A DNA stretch of 64,000 nt from Sedimentisphaerales bacterium (GCA_963666285.1 OY762711.1), one strand, 5' to 3'. Positions 19,523-30,802 are shown, counted from the stretch's first letter. Notes: generated by a model from the sequence alone, not told the origin. A program made the numbers and translations.

Positions 19523-20560
19523 TTAGGTCAGGACTTCAACTAGAACATCATCGTAACTTGCCCGAATTTCCCTAAACGTATCAGCAATATCAACAAATGA
19601 ATCAATCAACAACGGGTCAAAATGTGTTCCACTATCCTGAATGATTATTTCACAGGTTTTTTCATGTGAAAATGCATCTTTATAAACGCGTTTAGAGGTC
19701 AAAGCATCATAAACGTCAGCGATAGCCATCACCCTGGCACTAACAGGAATATCTTCACCACAAATACCGTTTGGATATCCCGAGCCATCCCATTTTTCAT
19801 GATGACCTATGGCAATATCATAAGCAACTCGCAAATACCTCGCATGAGGAAATTCCCTTAATACCGCCTCAATTGTCTGACCGCCAATTACAGTATGCTT
19901 TTTCATAAACTCAAACTCTTCCGGAGTCAGTCGTCCCGGTTTCTGTAAAATACTATCAGGAATCCCAACCTTTCCTATATCATGCATAGGGCTGGTACTA
20001 TATATCAGGCGGATAAAATCAGGGTCAACTGTTTCCGGATACTTATTATTTTCATAAAGGTTAAGCGACAGAGCCCTGCAGTAATTACGCACTCTTTCAA
20101 GATGGAAACCTGTTTCCGGGTCACGAGATTCAGCAAGCTTCGCCATTGCATAAATCAAAAGTTCATGACTTTCAAGGTTTACTACCCTTCTACCCGACAA
20201 CAAACGTACAGCAAGCTCGGCAGGATTAAACGGCTTGACAATATAATCGTCAGCACCAGCAGCGAGGCCTTCAACAACCGAACCACGCGAACCGCTCGCC
20301 GTCAAAATAATTATGTAAACATAATTCGATATATTCTTCCTGATCCTGCGACACAACTCCGGCCCATTCATCTCGGGCATATCCCAGTCAGTAATAACAA
20401 TCTGGCATTCATCATCGTTATTAAGCATATCCAATGCTTCCTGGCCGTTTGTCGCCTTAATTGGATCATAGTTATGCTGGAGCAACATATTTTCCAGCAG
20501 GCACAAATCCATCTCATTATCATCTGCTATCAGGATTTTTGTTTTATTATCTTCCGACAT
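19523..20560 (-). CDS. Response regulator with HD-GYP (c-di-GMP phosphodiesterase) output domain
   Basis: REC (ILIADD, TDWDMP, GADDYIVKP); HDIGK, HHEKWDGSGYP, IADVYDALTSKRVYK. Confidence 0.92.
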   Translation of the reverse strand: MSEDNKTKILIADDNEMDLCLLENMLLQHNYDPIKATNGQEALDMLNNDDECQIVITDWDMPEMNGPELCRRIRKNISNYVYIIILTASGSRGSVVEGLAAGADDYIVKPFNPAELAVRLLSGRRVVNLESHELLIYAMAKLAESRDPETGFHLERVRNYCRALSLNLYENNKYPETVDPDFIRLIYSTSPMHDIGKVGIPDSILQKPGRLTPEEFEFMKKHTVIGGQTIEAVLREFPHARYLRVAYDIAIGHHEKWDGSGYPNGICGEDIPVSARVMAIADVYDALTSKRVYKDAFSHEKTCEIIIQDSGTHFDPLLIDSFVDIADTFREIRASYDDVLVEVLT

Positions 20561-23500
20561 TTTTAGCCTCCGGTATATATTCTACACATCTCTGAATTTC
20601 ATATTGAAGCTGATCCAGCTGTGCCTTAAATTTATCCAGCTCACCATTCTTAGCAAAGTCTTCCATCTCAGAAGCCAGTTTCATTAAGTCAACAGCTGAA
20701 GTATTTGCAGCCATACCTTTAACTGTATGTGCTGCCCTTCTTATTGATTCTACTTCCTGTTTCTCCAGCAAGTCAACTATTTCAGAATATTGTATTTCTA
20801 CCTGTTCATGAAATTTGTCAAGCATACGATTATACAAATCGGTATTACCCATACATCTTTCCAGAAACTCATCCACGTTGATTGGAACAGCATCATTCTT
20901 ATTCACAGTACTTTCCATTTCCATTTTGCTTTCAGTTGATTTTTCCTTAACCAAAAAATCCAGGTTATTGGCCGGCTGTTCAACTACAGAATCATTATTA
21001 TCGGATTTAATTTCCAGTTCGTTACTATCGCTATCGTCATCACTATCAGAACCAACTTCCGCGGCTTCTGGTGAATCTATATCCACTAATACAGTACCAA
21101 GCTCTACATGCTCTCTGAGCACACCGACCAGCTCTTCAAATAAAAATGGTTTACCAAGAAAATTATCCATACCTGCTTCGATGCATTTTTCTCGGTCACT
21201 TCCTCTCATATTTGCCGTTAGGGCAATAATCGGAAGCTGTGTATCCTTATCACACCATTCTAATTCGTTTTTGGCAATCATTTGCTTTATTCGTTTCGTT
21301 GCCTCGTAACCATCCATCTCCGGCATCAGGCAATCCATCAAAACTATATCACAAGGATATTCCTTTATCGCTTCAACTGCCTCAAGACCATGATGAGCAA
21401 CCCTGACATCACACTTTAACTGATTGAGCATCTCTACCACAACCATCTGGTTAACTTCATTATCTTCTACTACCATTACCTTAAGGTTACTGCCGTCAAC
21501 AACCTCTTTTCCGATTACCTCGTTGACAACAGAGCTCTCTTTGGCTTTGATTTCTTCGGCATCAATAACCTTGAAGCACGCAGTAAACCAGAAAGATGAA
21601 CCTTCGCCATAATTGCTGACCACTCCGATATTACCACCAAGCAGCTTGACAAGGCCTTTACTAATAGCAAGACCAAGGCCTGTACCACCATATTTTCTAG
21701 TAGTTGTTGAATCTGCCTGGGTAAATGCAGAGAATAGTTTTTCCTGCTTTTCAAACGGAATACCAATACCATTATCTGTAACCGTAAAGGTAAATAAAGC
21801 AATATCGCCTTCATGGTCAATCATTTCACAGGAAACAGTTACCTGGGAATCAATTTCTTCACGAGAGAATTTAATAGCATTTCCAATAAGATTCAGTAAA
21901 ACCTGACGTAACTTGCCTTCATCACCATGGACATGCTCAATACCTTCGCCATCATAATTATATTTTAAGGTAACACCTTTCTTTGAAGCTACCGAGCTAA
22001 CAACACGCATAGTATTTTCAACTGAATTCTTAAGATTAAACGAATATTCGTCAAGCTCCATCTTACCAGCTTCAATCTTGGAAAAATCCAGGATAGAATT
22101 TATAAGATCAAGCATAACAGATGCAGATGATTTAAGAACTTCTACATATTGCGTCTGCTTCCCTGCAAGCTTCGTTTTTTCCAGGAGTTCAGACATACCA
22201 ATAATACCATTCATTGGTGTACGTATTTCATGGGTCATACAGGCCAGGAACTCACTCTTGGACTTATTAGCTGCTTCCGCCTGCTCTTTTGCCATTTTCA
22301 ATACCTGTTCATGACGCTTCTGCTTGGTAATATCACGAATTACAGCCTGAATAACCCTTCTGTCATTAACCGTCATCGCCGAGAAACACACCTCGGTTTC
22401 GACAGATCGGCTTTCTTCATCATGAAATTCCCATTCAAACCTGTGACTTCCTTTAAATACCGCAGAACTCAATGTCTTCTGGAAAAGAATAGCTGACTCA
22501 ATCCCACAAGGCTGTCTTTCAGGTGAAAAATCTACCGGACTCATATTCAAAAGCTCTGATCGATTTTTACATCCAAATAATTCAAGAGCTCGATCATTAC
22601 AATCAAAAATCCTGAAACTCTCATTAATCAAAAGCACTGCATCCTGAGATGATTCATATAAAGAACGGAAAAGCTGTTCGCTTTCCTGCAACCTGCACTG
22701 ATATTTCACCCTGCTGACCATTTCATCACGCAGCTTTTCATTGGCCTCAACCAATTCTGCCGTCCTGTTGTCAATCTGCTTCTGCAGAGAACTGTTAAAT
22801 TCACGGAGTTCCCTGTCACGATCACAAATAGCATCACGCATCTTTCTAAAGGAGGTGGCAAGAGAACCTATCTCATCTTCTGTTTCCAGGTGAGAAATTT
22901 CAAAGTCAAGCTCTCCCTTTGCAATTCTGCGACTGGCGTCATTTAATTGTTTAACCCTACTTATAAGGTATTTAACCAGAAATACCGTCACCAGGATACT
23001 AATAACAAGAACAAACAGGCTCACAGTTACCATACTGTAGCAATAACCCCAAAACGCCTTATCCACAACATCTTTTGACAAACATAAAACGATCTTGCCC
23101 AAACCTCCCGATTCGGTAGGCTGATTATCCACACCGGATATTTCAAGGTCAAATATATTCTGTTCTGAAGCAACTATCTTGTCATCTAGTTTAACTATTT
23201 CTGTTTCAATCCAGAACTTATTATTCTCTTCAATGCCAGATTCATATAACTTAAATATCGACTCATCACGAACATAACGGGAAACAATTTCACCGGAATC
23301 ATTACATACAAGAACAAATAACATATGAGGAATCTGACCAAAAGAAAACGTCTGCACGTCAAGTTCTTCTGTATCTGATACAGCCAGAGGCAATTCTACC
23401 ATATGAGTAAGCTGGTCGGCATAATTTTTTGCTTCTCTTTTGCAATCCTCAAGTACAAAATTATAAATTCGCAACGACCCGATTACTGTAACAGATAACA

Positions 23501-23576
23501 GCGAAACACTGATTATTGCTACCACAGCTGCGGTTGTTTTAACTAGCAAACTTCTCTTTTGTAGAAAACTTGGCAT
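20547..23576 (-). CDS. Hybrid sensor histidine kinase (HAMP, PAS, HisKA, HATPase, REC, Hpt)
   Basis: 2 TM + HAMP (DEIGSLA); THEIRTPMNG; NAIKF; GGTGLGL; REC LMDCLMP; Hpt AAHTVKG. Confidence 0.92.
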   Translation of the reverse strand: MPSFLQKRSLLVKTTAAVVAIISVSLLSVTVIGSLRIYNFVLEDCKREAKNYADQLTHMVELPLAVSDTEELDVQTFSFGQIPHMLFVLVCNDSGEIVSRYVRDESIFKLYESGIEENNKFWIETEIVKLDDKIVASEQNIFDLEISGVDNQPTESGGLGKIVLCLSKDVVDKAFWGYCYSMVTVSLFVLVISILVTVFLVKYLISRVKQLNDASRRIAKGELDFEISHLETEDEIGSLATSFRKMRDAICDRDRELREFNSSLQKQIDNRTAELVEANEKLRDEMVSRVKYQCRLQESEQLFRSLYESSQDAVLLINESFRIFDCNDRALELFGCKNRSELLNMSPVDFSPERQPCGIESAILFQKTLSSAVFKGSHRFEWEFHDEESRSVETEVCFSAMTVNDRRVIQAVIRDITKQKRHEQVLKMAKEQAEAANKSKSEFLACMTHEIRTPMNGIIGMSELLEKTKLAGKQTQYVEVLKSSASVMLDLINSILDFSKIEAGKMELDEYSFNLKNSVENTMRVVSSVASKKGVTLKYNYDGEGIEHVHGDEGKLRQVLLNLIGNAIKFSREEIDSQVTVSCEMIDHEGDIALFTFTVTDNGIGIPFEKQEKLFSAFTQADSTTTRKYGGTGLGLAISKGLVKLLGGNIGVVSNYGEGSSFWFTACFKVIDAEEIKAKESSVVNEVIGKEVVDGSNLKVMVVEDNEVNQMVVVEMLNQLKCDVRVAHHGLEAVEAIKEYPCDIVLMDCLMPEMDGYEATKRIKQMIAKNELEWCDKDTQLPIIALTANMRGSDREKCIEAGMDNFLGKPFLFEELVGVLREHVELGTVLVDIDSPEAAEVGSDSDDDSDSNELEIKSDNNDSVVEQPANNLDFLVKEKSTESKMEMESTVNKNDAVPINVDEFLERCMGNTDLYNRMLDKFHEQVEIQYSEIVDLLEKQEVESIRRAAHTVKGMAANTSAVDLMKLASEMEDFAKNGELDKFKAQLDQLQYEIQRCVEYIPEAKNVGR

Positions 23577-23613
23577 TATTTAGTTAACCCTTTCATAAAC
23601 TCCAACTTATTCT

Positions 23614-24567
23614 CTATCTCCCAACCTTTTTCCTGTACTTTTCTTTATCTCCATACACATAATTTGTGCCATCCAGCATCTCCTGTGGAATACTAATATT
23701 AAGTTTTTCCGCAACTGAAAGATTAAATGCCGGTTCAAATACTGCATATCTATGACTGACCGCAAGTTGATCACCATTCAGGAAAGTGTTAACCATTGCT
23801 GCCAACCCTTCACCTTGGGTTTCGGGAACAACAGCAACTCCAAACAATGCCCCTGCTTTCACAACTTTCTCAGAATATCCAAAAACAGGCACCTGGTTCT
23901 TTATACCTCCCAGTAAAACCAGTTTAATCGTAACCATATTAAAGGTATTAGAGTCTGGATAAGTCCAAATAACATCCGGATTACCCTTCAATATCTTATT
24001 TACGTAATCAGGCCTGTCACTATTTTTAACATCATCTGGAATTTCCACCAGATCCAGATCCAAACCTGAATCTTTAAATAATTTTAGATCATCGTAACCT
24101 TCCAAATCACTTTCAAAATGTATAAATGTGGAAAGCTTACTAAAGCCCGGTAATATTTCCTTTATAAACGCTATCTGCTTTTGTGGATCGACTTTCAGCG
24201 TAATACCAAAATTTATCTCATCATCCAGTAACTCAAGACCATCAGGAGAATATACCATACAATAAGCTATCGGTATACCTGCAGGTAAATTCTCCCTGGC
24301 TATTTTAGCCGGACGGCTGCCGATAACAACACATATGCCGGAATTAATCCGCTTGAGTATACCAGGATCATTTTCCAGTTGTGAATATCCAACATAATCA
24401 CAATTCTTCTGGTATTTTTCCTCCAGGTTATCAACAAACTCCTGCATCGCTACTTTATAGTCCGATATAGAATCTTCATAACAAACAACTATATCAGCCG
24501 CATTGGCATTAACTGAGCCAAGCCCTATAGCAAGAATTAATATAAATTGTAATAATTTAATCAACAT
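23614..24567 (-). CDS. Periplasmic ABC_sub_bind/YfiR-like binding protein with no cognate permease
   Basis: Signal peptide; C-terminal VPVFGYS..VKAGALFGV and FNLSVAEKLNISIP typical of this family. Confidence 0.65.
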   Translation of the reverse strand: MLIKLLQFILILAIGLGSVNANAADIVVCYEDSISDYKVAMQEFVDNLEEKYQKNCDYVGYSQLENDPGILKRINSGICVVIGSRPAKIARENLPAGIPIAYCMVYSPDGLELLDDEINFGITLKVDPQKQIAFIKEILPGFSKLSTFIHFESDLEGYDDLKLFKDSGLDLDLVEIPDDVKNSDRPDYVNKILKGNPDVIWTYPDSNTFNMVTIKLVLLGGIKNQVPVFGYSEKVVKAGALFGVAVVPETQGEGLAAMVNTFLNGDQLAVSHRYAVFEPAFNLSVAEKLNISIPQEMLDGTNYVYGDKEKYRKKVGR

Positions 24568-24580
24568 AAACTATCTATAT

Positions 24581-26602
24581 CTAGAACCTGAACTGCAACC
24601 TTCCAAAAAATGTTCTGCCCACTGTATACTGAATTTCATCAATCCCCTGGTAAAGATTGTAATCATCACTGAAAATATTTTGCACACCGAACATTATTTC
24701 TGCATTGCCGTCGGCAAAACCTTTTGTCAGAGCAACTGTCATGTCACTGTGTTCACATAACGGATCTGCATTGCCACTATACCTGGGATCTCCACTGTAT
24801 TTATAATTTGCACTTAATACCCAGTTCTCCGGCAATGAATACAAGCAGTTTAGACCTGCACGCACTCTGGCCGGCATTATACTCACAAGGTCAGCTTCAA
24901 ATTCCTTAAGATCAATATCATCATAAGAACACCACATATCTATTTCTGCTTTACCGAGGTCAAAAGTAACTTTTCCCTGTGCACCCAGAACTTCAAGGTC
25001 TCCATTATTATCCGGAGTTAAAGCTAAAGGTCCATAAACCGGATCTAACTGGGTAATTGTCATGCCAATAGTGTCTTTATAGTTATGATAATGGCCGTCT
25101 AGCCTGATCTTCACATTTTCTGACGGATCTATAGAATACCCTGCCTGGAAAGAAAGCACCCTCTCATTTTCCATGCTCGGATTTGCTTCAACCGTTTTAA
25201 AAGTTACATATTTCCAACCGTATGCCGGCGAGCGATATGCACGGCTGACACTGAATCTGAGTTTCTGTTTATACTCCTCTGCCAAATCATATATCGCTGC
25301 AGCCATCGCAGAAAAATCTGACTCTTTTGTATCAGAATAATAATCTCCTCTTGCCTGAAATTCCAGGTCTAACCTGTCGGCGATATCCCACCTGTCAATT
25401 ACATATAAACCGGCCTGGTAATCAATATACTTATTGGAAAGAAAATTATTTGAATGTTCGGTATATATATTATCAACAATGAAATGCCTGAAGTTAGTTC
25501 CAAGAGAAAGATCATGCTTTTCCAAGTCATAATCAACCTGGAACTCCAGGTCGTTTTCCATACCCCTGGCAAAATTGTTAAAATACTCTTTCCTTACTTC
25601 ATAATTACCAAACCATTGCAAATGGAATGAATAATCATCATATTTTTTTCTTTCCAACCGGGCAAAGAACCGACTTGTTTCATATCGCTCGTGTACCGGT
25701 ATGGTTGGTAAATATGGATTATAAAAAGTCTGCAGGTCTTTCTGATAATAGTCACCACGCTTGGCCCTGCTGTATGCAGCCCCAAAAGATAGTTCCATTA
25801 AGTCGTTAAGCTCTACAATAGCCTCGGTGTCAATGCGATAGAGACGGGAAAAATCACGTGACTCAAAATTATCTCCACTAACCGTATCTTCTGTAGAACA
25901 CCAGTCATCATAACCAACTGACATACGCCACTGCCAGTTATCTTTTTTATTAGCCCATCGCAGGTGATTGTAAATGTCTCCAAATTCATTTATAGTACCG
26001 GAATACAAAAAGCCTGGTTCAATATCTTCAGGACGCTTGGTCACAATATTGATCACACCGGCAAAGGCATTTGTTCCCCAGGCCGCTCCGCCGGAACCTC
26101 GAACCACCTCTATCTTTTCGATATCTTCCATAAATACGGGCATCGCCAGAAAATCAGTGCTTCCGTTAATCGGGCTGTTCAAGTTACGGCCATTAATTAA
26201 GGTAACATTTCTATCATAATATGAATACCTTAACCCACCCATACTTAGGCGGTAATGATTTCTGCTGCCAGGAAGCAGATCAACACCCGGATGATATTTT
26301 AACAGGTCGGCAACATTGGTAATGCCGCTATAATGAATATCATCTTTATCTATTATAGTTACCGGCACACTCAGATCAGTAACAGCCTGTTCCGACCTGG
26401 ATACCGAATATACTACCGGAATATCTTCAAACAGCATCATTTCAGATTCAAAATCACCTTCAAGACCATCTGAATCTAAATCTTCCATCTGGATATCACT
26501 TAGATCAACACTTTCAATTGATCCTTCATCTGCTGATTTTGCAACAGAAATTAAAGAACTAAACAAAAATGCTAGTATCATAATGTAATTTAAGTTCTTC
26601 AT
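24581..26602 (-). CDS. TonB-dependent outer-membrane receptor (paralogue 2)
   Basis: Plug motifs VTIIDKDDI, LINGR, IEKIEVVRGSGGAAWG..AGVINIVTK; C-terminal GRTFFGRLQFRF. Confidence 0.88.
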   Translation of the reverse strand: MKNLNYIMILAFLFSSLISVAKSADEGSIESVDLSDIQMEDLDSDGLEGDFESEMMLFEDIPVVYSVSRSEQAVTDLSVPVTIIDKDDIHYSGITNVADLLKYHPGVDLLPGSRNHYRLSMGGLRYSYYDRNVTLINGRNLNSPINGSTDFLAMPVFMEDIEKIEVVRGSGGAAWGTNAFAGVINIVTKRPEDIEPGFLYSGTINEFGDIYNHLRWANKKDNWQWRMSVGYDDWCSTEDTVSGDNFESRDFSRLYRIDTEAIVELNDLMELSFGAAYSRAKRGDYYQKDLQTFYNPYLPTIPVHERYETSRFFARLERKKYDDYSFHLQWFGNYEVRKEYFNNFARGMENDLEFQVDYDLEKHDLSLGTNFRHFIVDNIYTEHSNNFLSNKYIDYQAGLYVIDRWDIADRLDLEFQARGDYYSDTKESDFSAMAAAIYDLAEEYKQKLRFSVSRAYRSPAYGWKYVTFKTVEANPSMENERVLSFQAGYSIDPSENVKIRLDGHYHNYKDTIGMTITQLDPVYGPLALTPDNNGDLEVLGAQGKVTFDLGKAEIDMWCSYDDIDLKEFEADLVSIMPARVRAGLNCLYSLPENWVLSANYKYSGDPRYSGNADPLCEHSDMTVALTKGFADGNAEIMFGVQNIFSDDYNLYQGIDEIQYTVGRTFFGRLQFRF

Positions 26603-26631
26603 TTTTTACTCTTCCAACAATACACCATTAG

Positions 26632-28653
26632 TTAGAATTTAACCTGAACCCTTCCGAAGAAAGTTCTTCCTATTGATTCATCGACTTCATCGGGATCCTC
26701 TAAAAAGTTATAATTAAAATCTTCATCAAACAGGTTCTTAACTCCAACCATAATCTCTCCATTACCATCAGCGAATTCTTTCGATAACGCAATAGTCAGA
26801 TCACTTGTATCATCTACAATTACCTCTCCGGCTGAGAAGATGTCATCTGTGTATTTATAATTCGTATTCAAAGTCCAGGTGTCTGAAATATAATACCTGG
26901 TATTTATTCCAATCTTAAAATCAGGTGGCAGAATCGACATAACATCCGTCGGTACTGCTCTTACTTCCGTATCTTCATATGAACTCCACAATTCTATATC
27001 ATATTTTTCATTATTAAATTTAATTTTACCCTGCACACCTAAGACATCAACATCGCTGTTGTTGTCAACCTGAATCAAAGGACCAAGCAGTGGATCAAAA
27101 CCAACCATACTGGCACCGACTGTATCTTTATATCGATGATAATAACCATCAAACTCAAGCCTGACATTTTCCAAGCAATCAAACGAATAGCCTAATTGTA
27201 ATGATTTGACGTGTTCATTTTCTACATTATGATTTGTCGAAACCGTACTGAACGAGATATCTCGCCAGCCATAGGTCGAGTGTCGATATGTGCGGCCAAT
27301 ACTAAATTTCAGTTTCTTTCGCCCTTCTTCAGCAAGGTTCATTATAGCTGAAAAACGACCCGACCAGTCGGAAGTGTCAGTATATGAGAAATAATCTTCT
27401 CTAAGCTGAAATTCCAAATCAAGGAACTCATTTACATTCCATAAATCAAGTAAAAACAAACCTGCCTGGTAATCAACATATTTATTCGACCTGAAATCGA
27501 AGCTGTAATTATCATTATCAAGAATATCTATTGAATAATGCCTGAAGTTTCCACCTAATGCCAGGTTGTGTTTACCAAGCTCATAATCCAGCTGAATTTC
27601 CAGATCATTTTCAATTGCCCTGTTATTGAAACCTAAAATTTCTTTGCGTACTTCGTAGTTACCAAACCACTGTAAATGAAAACCAAAATCGTCATATTTC
27701 ATCCTGTCAATCCTGGCAAAGAATCTACTGTATTCGTAGAGCTGTGACCCATTTGAATAAGGCAAGACCGGGTTATAAATCGTGGTAGAACCCGCCTGGT
27801 ATCTGTCGCCGCGTTTTGAGTGATTATAAGCAGCACCAAAAGATAACTCCGTCAACTCATTGAGATCAACAATGAATTCTGAGTCAAATCGATAATTTCT
27901 GGCAAAATCATTTGAAGCATAATCATCATTATTAACCGCATCTTCCGATGACGACCATTCATCGTAGCCTGTAGACAAACGCCACTGCCAATTGTCTTTT
28001 ACCTGCACCCAGCGAAGATGATTATATATATCACCAAATTCATTTATCGTAGTAGAATACAAAAAGCCGGGGTCTATATCTTCCGGACGTTTAGTGACGA
28101 CATTAATAACACCGGTGAAAGCATCGCTGCCCCAATCGGCAGCACCACCAGACCCGTAAACTACCTCGATCCTTTCAATATCCTCCATAAAAACTGGAAT
28201 TCCAAGATAATCTGAACCGCCGGCTACCGGACTATTGGCACTTCTACCGTTTATCAGCGTAACATTCCTGTCGTTATACGGAAATCTTAAGCCGCCCATA
28301 GTTACCCTGTAGCGATTTCTGCTGCCGGGAAGAATATCAACACCCGGACTATACCTGAGAGCATCAATAATACTAGTTGCACCGCTGTAATGGATATCAT
28401 TTGAATCAATCACATTAACAGAAACTCCTACATCTTCAACACCCTGCCCCAAGCGTGAAGCAGAAAATACAACTGGGATATCCTGGAAAAGCATCATTTC
28501 TGCTGCAAAGTCAGCTTCTATGCTGCCACTTCCTTTATTCTCCTTTTCAGCGATATCAGTGTCAACACCTGTAGTATTATCTGACTCAAGAGCAAAAGAG
28601 CTATAATTACCAACCAGTATAATTAGTACTATGATGTTAAAAAATCGCTTCAT
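26632..28653 (-). CDS. TonB-dependent outer-membrane receptor (paralogue 1)
   Basis: Plug motifs IERIEVVYGSGG..FTGVINVVTK; C-terminal GRTFFGRVQVKF; colinear with the neighbour, both 673 aa. Confidence 0.88.
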   Translation of the reverse strand: MKRFFNIIVLIILVGNYSSFALESDNTTGVDTDIAEKENKGSGSIEADFAAEMMLFQDIPVVFSASRLGQGVEDVGVSVNVIDSNDIHYSGATSIIDALRYSPGVDILPGSRNRYRVTMGGLRFPYNDRNVTLINGRSANSPVAGGSDYLGIPVFMEDIERIEVVYGSGGAADWGSDAFTGVINVVTKRPEDIDPGFLYSTTINEFGDIYNHLRWVQVKDNWQWRLSTGYDEWSSSEDAVNNDDYASNDFARNYRFDSEFIVDLNELTELSFGAAYNHSKRGDRYQAGSTTIYNPVLPYSNGSQLYEYSRFFARIDRMKYDDFGFHLQWFGNYEVRKEILGFNNRAIENDLEIQLDYELGKHNLALGGNFRHYSIDILDNDNYSFDFRSNKYVDYQAGLFLLDLWNVNEFLDLEFQLREDYFSYTDTSDWSGRFSAIMNLAEEGRKKLKFSIGRTYRHSTYGWRDISFSTVSTNHNVENEHVKSLQLGYSFDCLENVRLEFDGYYHRYKDTVGASMVGFDPLLGPLIQVDNNSDVDVLGVQGKIKFNNEKYDIELWSSYEDTEVRAVPTDVMSILPPDFKIGINTRYYISDTWTLNTNYKYTDDIFSAGEVIVDDTSDLTIALSKEFADGNGEIMVGVKNLFDEDFNYNFLEDPDEVDESIGRTFFGRVQVKF

Positions 28654-28999
28654 TTGCTTAGTTTTTTCACTTCTACTTATATAAAATAATATAATTTTCC
28701 TGATAAAAGAACAGGAGGTATACGTTTCAGCCTACTATCCGTATTCAGGTTCATGATCGACTTATTATCTATGTAACTTAATTAGAAAAAATACCATAAA
28801 TAGCACTTATTTAGATGGTTACACACGTTTTTAGGTCAGATAACTATATTCCGATTGAAACAATCCCTTGACAAAGATTCATTTATGCACTAACATCTCT
28901 TGGCTTCAGAGTTGAGGTCAGATTAAACTGTAATATTGTAATTAAACTTTAATCCCCGTTTTTAGAACCAAGTACCATACTAGATTGAGGAGTCTCATT

Positions 29000-30802
29000 A
29001 TGACTTTAACTGCGCACAACGCACTAAACAAATGGATTGACCAGATGGCTCAAATGTGTGAGCCGGACGATATCGTCTTAATTGACGGCACCGAACAGCA
29101 AAAAGAAATTCTTACCGAGGAAGCATGTAAAACTGGTGAAGTTGAAAAACTCAACCAGGAGATCCTTCCTGGATGTATTTACCACAGGACAGCCCAGAAT
29201 GATGTTGCCAGAGTAGAACATCTAACTTATATCTGTACCACCCTTAAAGAGGATGCCGGGCCTAACAATAACTGGATGGCTCCGGATGAGGCTTACCGCA
29301 CAACTTCCGAATTCTTCAAAGGATCTATGAAGGGGCGAAAAATGTATGTTATCCCATTCAGCATGGGACCGGTAGGATCGCCTTTCAGCAAAATCGGTGT
29401 AGAACTTACTGACAGCATATACGTCGTTCTCAACATGCTGATTATGACACGAGTAGGTAAAGACGTGCTGGACGTTCTTGGCTCCGGCGGAGAATTCACT
29501 AAATGCCTTCATAGCAAAGCTCAGCTTGACCTGGAAAAACGACGCATCATGCATTTCCCCGAAGATAACACAATCTGGTCAGTCAATAGCGGCTATGGCG
29601 GCAACGTTCTGCTTGGCAAGAAATGCCTGGCACTGCGTATTGCAAGCTATATCGCAAAAAAAGAAATGTGGATGGCTGAACATATGCTGATACTGGGGAT
29701 CGAAGAACCTAGCGGTAAGATCGAATATGTTGCCGCAGCCTTCCCAAGTGCTTGTGGAAAAACAAACCTGGCGATGCTGATTCCGCCGGAAGGCCTCAAA
29801 GTCAAAGGATACCGTATCTGGACTGTCGGTGACGATATCTCCTGGATGAGAATCGACACTGATGGCAAACTATGGGCGATTAACCCGGAAAACGGTTTCT
29901 TCGGCGTGGCTCCTGGCACAAATACAAAAACTAACCCAAACGCAGTAAAAACAGTTCAGAAAAACACCATTTTTACCAATGTTGTCAAAAACCCTGACGG
30001 CACTGTATGGTGGGAAGACGGTGATGGCGAACCTGCTGCCGAAGGTGCTATCGACTGGAGAGGTAACCCTTGGAAACAGGGCATGAAAGATGAAGACGGC
30101 AACTCTGTCAAAGGTGCACATCCAAACAGCCGGTTCACTGCTCCGCTGACTCAGTGTCCAAGTCATTCTTTCAGAACTGACCATCATCATGGTGTGCCGA
30201 TTTCTGCTATTATTTTTGGCGGTCGCCGCGCTAAGCTCGCTCCACTGGTCTACGAAGCGTTTGACTGGCAGCACGGTGTATATATTGGTGCTACTATGGC
30301 TTCCGAACGTACTGCTGCACAGGTTGGAAAAGTTGGAGAAATTAGACGCGACCCAATGGCAATGAAACCTTTCTGCGGTTATAACATGGCCGATTACTTC
30401 GAACATTGGCTCAAGATGGGCGTTCGCATGAGATGGCAGCCGAAGATTTTCCACGTCAACTGGTTCCGCCAGGATGACAATGGCAAGTTTATCTGGCCTG
30501 GATTCGGTGAAAACCTGCGTATCCTTGAATGGATACTTGCTCGTTGCCGGTTTGAGGTCGAAGCTGATAAAACTGCTATTGGTTTCATACCAAAAATCGA
30601 AGATATCGACCTGACCGGGCTGGATGTTAAAGAAGAAACCATGAAAGAACTATTCAAAATTTACACTGATGAATGGAAAGAAGAAATGGTCAGAATTGAC
30701 GAATTCTTCAATCAGTTCGGTGACAGACTGCCGGTTTCTCTAATGGCTCAACATGAAGCACTAGGCAGAAGATTAGAAGAGCTTGGAAGCGAGAAAGCCT
30801 AA
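29000..30802 (+). CDS. pckG: Phosphoenolpyruvate carboxykinase (GTP)
   Basis: DVARVE, SGYGGN.LLGKKC.ALR, AFPSACGKTNLAM, VGDDI, HPNSRF, DPMAM.PF.GYN, WPGFGEN; start at ATG 29000 after GAGGAG. Confidence 0.97.
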   Translation: MTLTAHNALNKWIDQMAQMCEPDDIVLIDGTEQQKEILTEEACKTGEVEKLNQEILPGCIYHRTAQNDVARVEHLTYICTTLKEDAGPNNNWMAPDEAYRTTSEFFKGSMKGRKMYVIPFSMGPVGSPFSKIGVELTDSIYVVLNMLIMTRVGKDVLDVLGSGGEFTKCLHSKAQLDLEKRRIMHFPEDNTIWSVNSGYGGNVLLGKKCLALRIASYIAKKEMWMAEHMLILGIEEPSGKIEYVAAAFPSACGKTNLAMLIPPEGLKVKGYRIWTVGDDISWMRIDTDGKLWAINPENGFFGVAPGTNTKTNPNAVKTVQKNTIFTNVVKNPDGTVWWEDGDGEPAAEGAIDWRGNPWKQGMKDEDGNSVKGAHPNSRFTAPLTQCPSHSFRTDHHHGVPISAIIFGGRRAKLAPLVYEAFDWQHGVYIGATMASERTAAQVGKVGEIRRDPMAMKPFCGYNMADYFEHWLKMGVRMRWQPKIFHVNWFRQDDNGKFIWPGFGENLRILEWILARCRFEVEADKTAIGFIPKIEDIDLTGLDVKEETMKELFKIYTDEWKEEMVRIDEFFNQFGDRLPVSLMAQHEALGRRLEELGSEKA

